DNA of 64,000 bases, taken from assembly GCA_025594325.1 (NCBI GenBank), contig JANHCV010000008.1, positions 1,364,001 to 1,428,000 of the forward strand, written 5' to 3'. Positions 22,593 to 34,419 of this stretch are shown here, piece after piece. Position numbers and translations under genes: made by a program. The notes below the pieces were generated by a model. The model was not told where the DNA came from. It searched no databases and saw nothing but the letters and a program-made list of their open reading frames with translations. Source of the stretch: Blastocladiella emersonii ATCC 22665. Taxonomy: Eukaryota > Fungi > Blastocladiomycota. Positions within the stretch are counted from its first letter, which is position 1. The number at the start of each line of letters is the position of its first letter.

Positions 22593-25255
22593 ATGGATCC
22601 CTTGGATGAATTGAGTATGCAACTTGATGCAACACGCTGTTTATGACACAACTGACCGATGCACGATCCACGGTTCAGCGCAACGCGGGCTCGCGCAGTG
22701 TCGCGCCGTCGTAGAGCAGCTTATTGCGCACCTAGACGTGCCCGCTGACGGAGACTTTGGGCTCCCTGTTTCTTGCGATCCATGTGTGCGCATCAATCTC
22801 CGCGGCGACTTTCTGCCTCTCACACTTGCGTGCAGCCCTTCCGACGCTGTTGTGCAAGCCCTTGTGAGCGACGCGCTTCTTGCACTTGTCGCCGCTGAAC
22901 GCGCTCGGTTCCTTGTCGTCCCGGTCAGCGTTGTATCGGATGCTTTTCGAGACTTTCACAGCGCGTCGCCCGCACTCTCAACTAGCGACAAGGATCCAGC
23001 CGATTGGGAGCCGGCGAAGCGCCGTCTGTTCGACACGCTGCAGCCTTGGATTCTAGACCGCCTTATGGACTCGCACGAATTTGTCCTACTGCCTTGCTCA
23101 AATCCTATCAACGTGCTCTACGTGTTGTGTCTGCAGCGTGTGGGCCCCGCAACTCGCTGCACCATCCTTCGCATGGGCGGCATCCAGCAACGCCCGCTGC
23201 TCAAGATCTTGGATTCAGCGGTCGTCGAGTTCGCGACGCGGCCGCGTGACGGACTCTTCGAGCGAGCCGCTTGCGCGTTGCAGGTTTGCTCCGAAGTGTC
23301 TCATCTCTTTGCGGACCACATCGGACTGCTCATTTTCCTCCTTGTGGTGACGCAGTTCTTCAACGCTGCCATCCGCATTAACATGCATTCCACTTCTTCT
23401 GATCCGCACAATCTGCTTGCGTGGGAATATCCTGAATGAGACAATTTGATGCGGATGCCGCTTTAAGTCACGCTTACGCTGCTCCGCTACCTCGCCCAGT
23501 CGGCCGAGAACCTTCGCCCTCTGCCGCCCGCTCTTGCTGACGAAATCGAACGACTTGCCACTGAGCACGCGCCACGGCCGCCCATTCTTGCCTCGAATTC
23601 AACCGACTCCGCATCCCTCCCCGCCTTGCTCAACGCGCCGACCCGGGCCGAGGCCGACGCCGTCGCTTTAGCGGCGTTGGCCTCGTCGCTGGCGCGGAAG
23701 CAGGAGCTTGCGCGCCTCGGCTCTGAGCGATGCGACCTCGCATCCGCGGGCGACGCGAGACCCAGCAAGCAGATGCGGCTTGCTGGGGATGATGAAGCGA
23801 GTGCAGAGCCACGTCCCGTTGTACGCCATTACACTCGTTTGCCCCTGACCTGCCGCTGACAACGGAACACCTGTGTAGACTGATCGGTCAGACTTAGACG
23901 ATTCCAACGGGTTTGCTTTGGACGCTGATCCGACTCTTCGACCCAGCCCCTCTTCGCCTTCCCACCTCACTTCGCCGCCCACGCCAGCACCGTCGGCAGC
24001 GATTTCGAGTGACGATCATCACTTTGGCCCGTCCGATTCACCTGCCGACGGGTACACGCCGCGTGAAAAGTGCGACTCTGCCACGATGACTCGCGCGGTC
24101 AATTCCGTCACCCTTGATGCCAGCAAGCTGATCGGCGACACTGTACCACGCAACCTCGTCTTTAATCTGGTTATTTTGCGCTCGCTCGGATCCTTGCTTG
24201 AGTCTGAATCCGCGAAACACGATCTCATCGAGTTCCTGCGCGGTTTCGCGGACTCGGATGCCTACGATTTCTTACCGCTCTTTCGCCGCCGTCACACGCT
24301 AATCGAGTACAAGACTTACTGGGCCAACCTTCGTTCCGCTCTAGACAGCTCGCTGTCCCATCCATGCACCTCACGCACGCCGGTGTTTGACAAACTTGCT
24401 CTCGCACAGCGGATGTTTGTCGTGCTCGCGTGTGTCGCTGACCACCTTCACGACGCGCTTGGAACGGCCAGCATCGACGTCCCTGCGGGTGTTGACCGGC
24501 TGCACATCATTGCCGCCGTGAGCCGCCTCGAGAAACCCAAGTGGAATCGGTGCATCGAGTGGTTTGTGAGCCACTTTCCAGCGTCAGAGCTACGCGACCT
24601 CGTCAAAAACCGGAAAGCAAGCGCCTGCCGCGCACTCTTGCGGCTCCGCGCGGCGATCGAGTCGCATCCGCTTGACGCCTTCATCCAGTCGCTGTGGTCG
24701 AACGAGTGCCTCGCCGTATATCCTGGGATTCGGCCAACCGCCGTTGATCCGTGCGAATGCCAGCTCGCGAGCCGGGCGGCGACTGCCGCGGTGCTCGCGG
24801 ACCCAGACTACCGCCAGCACGTGGTTAACAGGATTGAGGCGGTCGCGCGCGCAGAGGGAATCGCGCCTGTGGTCCGCGCTTACCTCGTCATTGCTTGCGC
24901 GTACCTCTCGTCCAATGCCAAGCTTGTTGCGTCCCCTGTCCATCCTGATGGGCGGTCGGACTTTGCTCTGGTTTGCGCCGATCGACCGGTGCGCATCGCT
25001 GTGCCTGGCTTCGAGCAGGAGCCAAGCGATGCAACCGTGTACACGAGCAACGGGCGTTGGACGGCCATGGCGGCGCTCGCGTCGGGAGACGTGGAGGACG
25101 AGATTCTTGCCCGCACGCTTCGCGTGATGCGAAACTTCAACCTGCCCAAGGACGCGCTGCCCATTGGACTTCCCGGCTGGGACGAGTTCAAGCGCAAACA
25201 TGCTGCAGCACTGGACACGATTGCGCGTGGCGAGCCACAGGCATGGCACGGCTGA
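22593..25255 (+). pseudogene. Orphan family B, copy 2
   Basis: First intron GTATGC...TTCAG; intron 23821-23878 joins the N-part in frame to ORF 23918..25255; in-frame TGA 23437 and TAA 23464. Confidence 0.72.
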
Positions 25256-25580
25256 GATTGTTCCTTTAATAAACGGGACCCGGTGGTTAGAATTCCTTTC
25301 CCGCGTCTTGGCGAGCAACGAGTCGAGGGCTAAAGCCCTCTATTTTTGCCTAGCCGACGCGCGCCCTTGGGATCTGACGTGTCTCCCTGGCCCACGTGCG
25401 TCACGCACGTGTTTCACGCGTTTCACGGGATATATCCAACGCGTCCGAGTCTCCCACCACCAAGCTCTCTCGCCTGCAGTCAATCGCGATAGTAACAAAA
25501 GAAATCAAATATTGTGAATGAGAGGACAGCAACAACAAAGGAGGGAAAAGGAGGAAGTGTAGAGAGGAACACGACGTCGT

Positions 25581-26387
25581 TCAGTTAACTGAACGGCGGC
25601 CACCGCCACGGCCGCGGCGACGCTTGGGCATCGCCTCAAACTCGTCCTCGTTGCAGCCGCCCTCCTCGGCGGCCATGGCGGCCGTGCGCTTGGGCGCGTC
25701 AGCGGGAACGGCCGTGGCCGACGCGACCTCGCGATCCGTCGTGCCCGCCTCCTCAATGATGGGCGCCGCGAGCGCGACTGTCGCACTTGAAGTCGACGAC
25801 GACGACGACGACGCGGCCAATGAGCCGACCGGCGGCCCGGCGGGCTGTACGGCGGTCGAGAGCTTCGAGGTCGATGACGACGAGGCGACGGTCGCGTCGA
25901 CCTGCAAAATGGCGGGCTGCACGGCGGTCGACGACGACGACGACGCGTTGGTGATCTGCGGTGCGGCGGTCTGCACGGCCGTCGTCGAGGAGGACGACGA
26001 GGCGACGCCGTCGTTGAGCTCGCGCAGGATCCCCGCCATGCGCGTCGAGAACTCGGGGTCCGAGTCGCCCTCCCCGTTGGACACGTCAAACACGAACCGC
26101 GGCTGGCGCACGGGCGAGGACAGCGTCAGCCCCGACAGCTGCGTGGCCGGGGTTGGCGGGATGCACTCCTGCGGGCGGGCGCCGTACGGGTTGCTGCGGC
26201 CCGCGGGACCGCCGTGATGGTGCGCCGGCGGCGGCAGAGCGGGCGCTGACGACGAGCCCGCGGGACCACCGTGATGGTGATGGTGGGCCGGCGGCGGGAC
26301 GGCGGGCGCCGACGACGAGGAAGAGGGGGTGGAGGGCGGGTTGAAGTGCGAGGCCGGCGGGGGCATGGCGGGCGCCGTGGGCGCCAA
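25581..26387 (-). CDS. Low-complexity ORF (Ser/Pro/His repeats, basic C-terminus); 3' part of an unknown or truncated gene
   Basis: Internal repeats SSSSSTAVQ x4 and APAxPPPAHHHGGPAG x2; ends KRRRGRGGGRR; GC3-biased codons; in-frame TAG just upstream. Confidence 0.45.
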   Translation of the reverse strand: MAPTAPAMPPPASHFNPPSTPSSSSSAPAVPPPAHHHHHGGPAGSSSAPALPPPAHHHGGPAGRSNPYGARPQECIPPTPATQLSGLTLSSPVRQPRFVFDVSNGEGDSDPEFSTRMAGILRELNDGVASSSSSTTAVQTAAPQITNASSSSSTAVQPAILQVDATVASSSSTSKLSTAVQPAGPPVGSLAASSSSSSTSSATVALAAPIIEEAGTTDREVASATAVPADAPKRTAAMAAEEGGCNEDEFEAMPKRRRGRGGGRRSVN

Positions 26388-26449
26388 AGGCGGCGGCGCC
26401 GGCTTGGTGATCTGTTGCTGCTACTGCGGCTGCACCTGCGCAATGAAGT

Positions 26450-29400
26450 CACACGGCGGCCGCCGGAATCTTCTCGCGCAAGTTCGCGCCGCTGCTGCTG
26501 TACCAGGCGATGCGGTGGCTCGACCTCGCGGGCGTCGCTGCTGGCGAGGTGACCGAGCAGGATGTCGAGTGCATCGCGAGCACCATCAGCGTCGACAGCA
26601 AGCCGATGCTCAATGTCGCGCTGCACAACTACGTGTTCCGCCCGCCCGAGCTCGAGAACCTGTCGTGGTACGAGTTTATCTCCTCGTGGTCGCGCGTCAA
26701 CATGCCGCCGAAAATGCGCGAGGTCCTCGCCAACGGCGGGCGCGTCGTGCCCGCGCAAGCAGAACTCGGACCAGCTGCCGACATGCCGCCCGGCACGAGG
26801 CTGTCCTTCATGGCCGACCACCCGCTGGCCAAGACGCACGAGCTGCGCAAGAACATCGTCGAGGTCGTGCCCAAAATCGCCGGCCCGCACATGCCCGACC
26901 CGCGCAAGTTTTGGGGACGTGCCCGGGTCTGAGGAAAAGTACTCGCGCATGGCGCTGCTGCTGCTCCGCCATTTCCGCGTCTCGAGTGGCATTCTCGACG
27001 AGAACGGCTCGGCGATCGCCAAGTTCAAGGCGTTCAAGGAGGGCCTCCAACCCGGCGACCCTGCGCTCAACCACCTCGAGTACGCCCAGGAGTACTACTT
27101 CAGTCTCGACGGTGCGCGCGCGTACCGTGAGTGCCGCGATCGCGAGAGCGCCGAGCTCTCGGCCAGGCTGTTGCAGGAGAAGCGCGGCGAGCTGATCGTT
27201 CGATCTCGCGACGGCGACCGCAACGCGTCAAGCTCGCGCGCCAAGGCGACCGCCAACGAGGACCCGACTGCAGAATGGACCATGTTCACTCAGTTGCAGC
27301 AGGACATTGCCCTCGATCCGGTCATTGCCGACAACGCCATGAACGGTGCTGGCGCCAAGGTCGCGCCCACCGTTAGCGAGCAGAACTTCAAGCTGGTGAT
27401 CGACGCGCTGGTCCCTGGTGCTGCGGCAGACCTGGTCGACCACCTGCGCCTCCCTCCAGTGCGCCCGTTCGACGTCAAGGCGGCCGTCCCACCGACGACG
27501 CTCAAGGAGCCCATCTCGGCGAACACGCTGAAAGCATTCCTGGCGCAGCACCGCAGCGCCGCATCTGCAGCGCCGGCCGCAGCTGGAACCGCTCCTGTCG
27601 CTCCGCAAGGCGGGCAGTCGCCGCTCATCGGCGCGTCAACCACGGCAGACGCTGCTGCCGAGTCGCAGATCGGCGTCGATCCCGAAAACGTTGTTGAGGA
27701 CGGTCCAGAAGCACCAAAAGTACCCGCCGCCGACTTTTGGCGCGATACCTTCGCCGCGAGATCAACGGAATCTGCAGCGAAGCGCAAGCGGTTCCTCGTC
27801 ATGAAGACTGCAGACTCGCTCAACAATTTTGACCACGCGACTCGCGGCAAGGAGTGGACGGAGGCGGAGCAGCGCACCAAGCACACACCCGCGTACGCGA
27901 GCCTCGCGCAGGTTTCGCTCAAGTTCAACCTGAACAAGGAGCAGCACCGCGCGTTCGTGCTCTTCCTCATGCCGCTCATCGCCACGTTCATTGGCGGCGA
28001 CAGCGGTGTCGCCGAGGCCGCCGCGTCATCGGATCCAGGCGCCCTCGCGTCGGGCCGCGACCGGCCAAACGCACCAGCTCTCGCCTCGCTTCCGCCCATG
28101 AGCAAGGATCGCTCGCCGATCATTCTCACAGGCTCAGGCGGCACGGGCGGCACGGGCAAGTCGCGCGTCATTGACGCGATACGGTACTTTCTCGCGTCCT
28201 GGAACCGCGAAAAGTGCATGATGGTCTTGGCCATGACGGGCATCGCGGCCGCCAACATTGGCGGTACCACCATCCACGCCGCGTTCCAGCTCTCGCTCAA
28301 GGGGGAGAGTCTCAGCCCCGACATCAAGCGCCTCCGCACCGACTCTGCTGTCGCCAGCGCGTGGCAAGGACGTCACGCCGTGATAATCGACGAGTTCTCC
28401 ATGTGCGACCCGCAGGTGCTCGGACGGGTCAACGCGAGCCTTCGCGACCTGCGTCGGTGCGACGAGCCGTTTGGCGGCTGCATCGTCATGCTCGCCGGCG
28501 ACCATTTGCAGCTTCCACCAGTGAACGGCACGGCGCTGTTCCAGCTACCCGAGGTGCTCGACGATGCGCCAGACTCGTTCTTCGAGCGGCTGCTCGCGTA
28601 CGACACCACGGGCGCGAAAAAAAAGCACTCGGGCCAGCTCGCGGACTGGCGCGCCCGACGTGTCGTTCGACTCGTGCGCAGCAACCGGTTCGTCAACGAC
28701 CCATCATGGGGCAGGTGTCTCGACGCGTTCCGCCTTGACAAGGCCCCGACGAGCTGCGCCGCCTGCTCGACTCGCGCACGACCGCTCGCCTGCGCCAGCT
28801 GAGCGACGACCAGGGCAACAACGAGCTCAAGAAGTCCTCCAGACGCGCGGGCTCACAGTCATTACGCCCGACAACTACACGCGTCACACCTTCAACCTGC
28901 TGTACACGCGGCTCGCCGCTGCGGACCCAGAACGCGTCGCGTTTCAGATCAAGGCCAGCATCACGCGCAAGAAGGAGCGAAACGGCGCAACCGTCCGCCT
29001 CCCGATTGGCGAAAGGGACCTGTTCCGTCTCGCCGAGGAGTCCGACTCGATCACTCGTTTGCCAACCATCCTCGAGGTCTTTGTCGGCATGGAAGTGCGC
29101 GTCAAGGTCAACCAGTGCGTCGAGAAGGGGTGCGCGAATGGCGCTATCGGCGTCATGCACCACATCGACTGGTTTCCGGGCACGACGTTTACCGAGACCG
29201 GCTCGCGCATGTACCGCCCATCGCGGGAGCCACATACTGTGTGGATCGACCTGCCCGACGCGCCGCCTGGCCCTTGGTTTCCTGGAATGCCGGCCGATTG
29301 GCCAGACACGGTCATCCCGCTCGCCATGCACTCGGACGACTTTCTTTACAAGGAGGGCGGTATGACGTCGCGCGAGCGAACCGAACTCAAGAAACCCGAG

Positions 29401-29976
29401 TCCAGCGCACTGTGCGCCAAGATGGTCAAGAACTTCGATACTCACGAGCAGTACAAGGACCACGAAAAGGTCAAGATCAAGCAGTTCCCAATCGTGCCCG
29501 CCTTTGCGATGACGGTGCACGGGGTCCAAGGCGTGACCAAGAACGCCATCATCTTGACGGATCCGTGCCCAGCTGGCTCGTCTGGATCGATCAACGGGTC
29601 GTCGCTGTACGTTGCGCTCTCGCAGCTCCGCCAGAGCGCGTTTCTGTGGGTCCTCCATCCGATCCCGGACGGCGTGTACGACGTCATGGTCCCTGATCCG
29701 CGGGCCGTGGCCGAAGACTTGCGGCTCCAGGCGCTAGACGTGTTGACTGAGGGCGCGTTCGCTCACGGACAAACCGTTACGCAAAACCACCCACGAGTCG
29801 CAGAGCTCTTCTGTCACGCGATGCAAGAGCATCGCCAGATCAAGAGCGACAAGGAGGAGAAGCAGAAGGCCCGCGAACGAGAGTACTCAAGGCGGTATCG
29901 CGAGCGTAGGCGCGAGCAGAAGCGCGCTCCAGAATTGCATGAGCAGCGGCGGAGCAAGAGGCTTCGCGATAGATAG
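26450..29976 (+). mobile_element. Decayed Helitron-type Rep/Helicase fragment (PIF1 helicase), lacking the Rep catalytic core
   Basis: FRPPELENLSWYEF and EKYSRMALLLL (Helitron post-Rep motifs); Walker A GTGGTGKS, IIDEFSM, AGDHLQLPPV, FAMTVHGVQG, LYVALSQ; frameshifts near 26930 and 28790. Confidence 0.75.
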
Positions 29977-30230
29977 TGTAAGATTTCATTTGTAGTGTTA
30001 TAAAGTATACTTAGTTGCTTTCAATTACTTTGGTGTGTGATGGGAACAGAGATGCGACTCCATAATGACGCGCGACTGTCAGCGGTACAAAACCTCCCGC
30101 GTGTGCCGTGCTCCAACGTGGCGGAGGGCTTTAGCCCTCGATTGAAGACCAGACGCGAAGCGTCTAGGTGGTTCAAGTAAAATCCTATCTGCGTGTCCCG
30201 AAGAATAACGAAGAGAAATGCGAGACCCGA

Positions 30231-30251
30231 GACGCGACGCGATATCACGCC
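30231..30251 (+). promoter_or_regulatory. Degenerate composite element upstream of the distant family-B gene
   Basis: GACGCGAC-gcgatat-CACGCC, 157 bp before the ATG at 30408. Confidence 0.45.
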
Positions 30252-30407
30252 AGGTCCACGTGATGCTGGTGAGGTCGCGAAGCGACGCGTCCTCGCGTGT
30301 GTCGCTCGTCCCCCTCCTCGACCATGAATAGACAATCCATGGAGCTCAACTTGTGCATGTAACTAGATGCAATCGCCATTTCGGTTGACATTTGACAGTC
30401 CGCCACT

Positions 30408-32696
30408 ATGAACTCTCAAATCGCGGCTGCGCGCGAGCTTGTCCGGTGTCTCGCCGCGCACAATGCTTCGCCCGTTCTCTACACCTCGCCGGCCTCTGGG
30501 TCAGCGCTAGACGTAATCATGCTCGACGCATACCTTAGTCCAGATGCCTCCCAGTGCAGGCTTTCGCCAGTCCTCGCCGATTCCATCACCCGTTCGATTG
30601 TCAGTGCGCTTCCCTCGGCCGATCGAGCTCGCATACTTTTAGCAAAAACAAATTCGCTCGAACATGCCATAGCAGACTCACGTCTACACTCATCACAATC
30701 AGGTTCACCTGCAGGCCGATTGCTTGCGTCGTGGATTTTGAAATACCTGGATGTCGCGCACGAGCTCATCGTCTTCCCGTTCGTCAATGGGTCGCGCGCC
30801 GCGATCACCCTTGTCAGCGTGCACCACCAACCGACCGGTGGATTGCCGGCTTTACACGTGTTTCGCGCGGGACACTCGGCCGATGTCACTATCAAAAGCT
30901 TTCTAAAGGGTGCGCTGGCCGAGGTTTTTGGTGTCGAGTCGGTTTGCGTCACCGTCGAGCCTCGACAGCACTGGGGCAACGCAGCTGGTTTCTACCACGG
31001 ACTGGACCAACTTCTTTCAGGCGTCGAAGTGGCGCACTCGGCCATGGGTGCTTGCATGGACCCGATCGTGTTTGTTTCGTTGAGCGGCGACACGCTTGAT
31101 TTGCGCGCCGAGGCCCTCTATGCGATGCTTCCGCAACTTGGCGCACATGCAAATCGGATACGACAGCTTGGGGATCAGTTTGTGGCTCAGATACTCGGAT
31201 TTCGGACCGAAATCAAGCTTCGTTTGCAAGGGAGGCGTCGCGACGAAATGCTGGATGATGGTACGTCGTGTCGTCACCGTGGCGATGGCAAGTCTCACCT
31301 TGATCGTGTAGATTTGGCGCGCAAGATGGCCGCGTCTCGCACGACCGCCGAGAGCACCGTGCCTGCGGGGAACGTAGCGGCGCTGTGCGCGGCAACGGTT
31401 GGACCGAGTATCACCCATTCCCCGGGTCAGGCCGCACCTCCGGCCGCGAGCATTCCTGCACTTCCTCGTCGGGAAAATACTGTCGAGTTTGCAACTACAG
31501 CTGAAGCTCCTCCTTTCATCACGAACCACCTTGACGATTACACGCAAACGAACATCCGATCCGGATCTGACGAGCCCAGCATCTCTGCTTGCGACGTGGG
31601 TGGCAATGATCCGAGGCCCGCTTCTGTACGTGACGAGCTCAGCAGATCCGGTGTCGTCTTCTTGGACTCGCTCAACGGCGCAGCCGAGTGCACTCCATCG
31701 CGAACTGGTTCTGCAGTGGTACGCTCAGCGCTTGTCCTTATGGCCTACAAGGATGGCACTCACACTGTCAGCTGGTTGTAGCCTCAACCAGACGACTTCT
31801 CGGCTGACTTGAGGACTGGTGCGCGAATCGACGACAATCACTCGAACGCTTCCGCTCATTCTGAGTCGTTGAAACCTTCCATCCCTTCTACCACCTCGCG
31901 CACCCAGACCTCGACTCTCTCGGATGATCTCTCTAGACCTTGCCGAACGGCTCACCAAGTACTCCTCACCTCTTCGCACTTTCTCGAACTCGCTTTTCCG
32001 AATCAACTGCTTGACCCGCCGACTTCCGCAACCGAAATCGCATCACCTCATCACTGGATTTCAACTCCAAGTCGTGGCGCACATACGATTGATTCTCGGA
32101 GCCCAATCTTGAGTCTGCTGGCGGTCGCCGCCCTGGTGCCTCTGCCAGCAGGCTTCGGAACTCGGGCCAATTCCTTCTTTTCTGCGGGACTTGACGGCGA
32201 CCCCACACCGATCCACAGACCAAACGACCCATGCGATACATCAAACGAAGCGCTTGGCGTGACGGGCCCGCCATCTGGAACCCCTTTCCCTGATTCTTTT
32301 TTATCTTGCTCGCTTCGCAACTCACCTGTCAAGGATTCAACGGGCCCTTCTCTCCAGCCTTCCTCTCGCCAGGCTAAGCTTGGCGACGGTGTGAAAGCCG
32401 CCATTTCGCAGTTGGTTCTTCAAATCCGCATGCGCGTGCCCTCACTCGAACCGTCGCCCACCGTCGCAAACCCTCTCGGTGCAACATTGCAGTCTGTCAC
32501 AGCCGTCTCGCCGCCGATAGCGAGGCCTTCGAAGCGGGCTCGGCTTCACACTGTTCCGGAGGTTCCGCCCGCTTTCGTGAGCACTCACGCGCCGCTTTCT
32601 GTGACGGATACTGCCGGACCTGACGGTGTCGCTTCACTTCAACCCCTTGGAGGGCCGCTCAACTTGATGCAGGGAACGTCGGGGATGCGGTGGTGA
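30408..32696 (+). CDS. Distant family B member (Ulp1-like N-domain + low-complexity tail)
   Basis: ORFs 30408..31781 and 31809..32696 share one frame, joined by intron 31719-31781 (GTACGC...CTCAC...TGTAG); LPSADRARILL and ASWILKYLDVAHELIVFPF resemble family B motifs. Confidence 0.55.
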
Positions 32697-33402
32697 CGCG
32701 CGTTCAAGGAGCGACACGCGGCGCCAAGTACTACGGGCTGCCCGCCTTCTTCCTGTCCAAGATGGCCGTCGAGCTTCCGTTCCAGGTCACAATGCCGGCG
32801 CTCCTTGTCGCGATCCTGTACTGGATGGTCGGGCTGCAGCACGACGTCGGCAAGTTTGTGGTCGCAGTGATCGTGACCGTCGCCATGGCGCTGTGCGGGA
32901 CCGCGATCGGCACGCCCGCCGCGTGCGCGTTTCACAACATCGGTGTCGCGCTCACCATCGTTCTGGTACGCTAACTTTTCCCCGTCGACTGTGTGATCAA
33001 GGCCTTCCTACTGACCAACGTTGTCCCCGAACACAGGCCGTGCTGATCCCGCTCCTCCTCGTGTCTGGCCTGTTCTCCGGCGGCACGCCTGCGTTCCTGT
33101 CGTGGCTCAAGTACCTCAGCCCAAAGTCGTACGGGTACACGGCGCTGGCCAAGAACGAGTCATCGGGTCTCGTCGTGTGCCCAAACGACGCCAAGGACGA
33201 CGCGAGAACGCTCGCCCGCGGATGCGTTCGCGGCGAGGAGACCATCACGACCCTTGGGCCCAATGACTAGGGCTCGATCGCGGTGAACGTGTTTGTCGCG
33301 TTCGGGCTGTGGCTCGTGCTCCTCGGATTTTCGTACCTCGCGCTGTGGCGGATTGTTCAAGCGACCAAGAACGTGGATTTCACCCCGCCCAAGAAGAAGT
33401 AG
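32697..33402 (+). pseudogene. ABCG (white-family) transporter C-terminal TM fragment
   Basis: RGAKYYGLPAFFLSKMAVELPFQ...AILYWMVGL...SWLKYLSP..YGYTALAKNE; intron 32966-33036; in-frame TAG at 33268; no NBD or promoter. Confidence 0.8.
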
Positions 33403-33548
33403 GCGGGCAAGAATGAGTCGCCGCTTCTCAACGGTGTTTCGACCCAGTAACGCTCTTTAGTACTAAATAGCCGGATAACGTTGATGTACTCTTCATTCTC
33501 TTGTCAATCTACCAAAGTCGTGCACCGAGCACATGTCTCGCAGTGCGA

Positions 33549-33569
33549 GACGCGTCGATCAATCACGTG
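33549..33569 (+). promoter_or_regulatory. Composite element upstream of chitin synthase-like paralogue 2
   Basis: GACGCGTC-gatcaat-CACGTG, ~850 bp before the ATG at 34420. Confidence 0.6.
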
Positions 33570-34419
33570 AGCGTCAGCTGATGCCTGGGCGTCGCGCTCG
33601 CCGACCCCCCAGCTCGATCAGAGCGACTTGGGCCGCCCTTTGCTTCAACGATCTCGCTAGGAATGTTTGATGAGGGTGGGGAGAGGAGTGCGTCGATGCC
33701 CGTCGGCGGGGTGGGATCACGAAACGTGCGCCCGCGCCGCTCACTTGCCCCGACCTCGACCTCGCCGCCCGCTTGATCAAAAATGGAAACTGATGGAACC
33801 TCACCGCGTGCAACGGCCGCAAGTCGCCGATCCCGACGCCGGGATCCCGAGCGGGAGTCTCCACGGCGACAACGCCGACTTGCCCTTCCCTCGCGACTTG
33901 CCTGGCTTCGTGTGGCGCGGCCTCGCGAGCGACTAATGGTTCCTCGGCCTCGACACTACGGATTCTCCTTCCTTGCATTGTCGCGCTCACTTGCTCGGGG
34001 TGCTGGAAGGCCGTGCCACGTTTGCAGCGACTACTCGTCCACGTGCGGGTTGCGCAACCGTGACGTGCCGCGATGGCGAGCGACCTGCGGTATTCGGCAG
34101 CCCCTCGTTTGCTCGTGTGCCGCACCGAGAGGCGGGCAGGTCACCGTTTCGCCCGGCGAGTGGCGGTGAAACGCGATAGCGAGAGCGCGCTGGTTTGCCG
34201 TCGAACTCGGCGATCTTCGTTCCACGTCGCGCTTGCCCGTGCGCCTCGGAATTGTGGGTTCTCGCTTGCTCTTTGAGCCACGAGCGTCCGATCGGCACCG
34301 CCGCTGCCCTCAAAAGGCGGGCCCGCGTGGTGGGACTCCATGCTCTCTCCCACCCGAACACTTCGGCCTGATCGTGCAGACTTGCCGTCCGGCCTCACGT
34401 TCCCGCTTTCGCTACCGCC

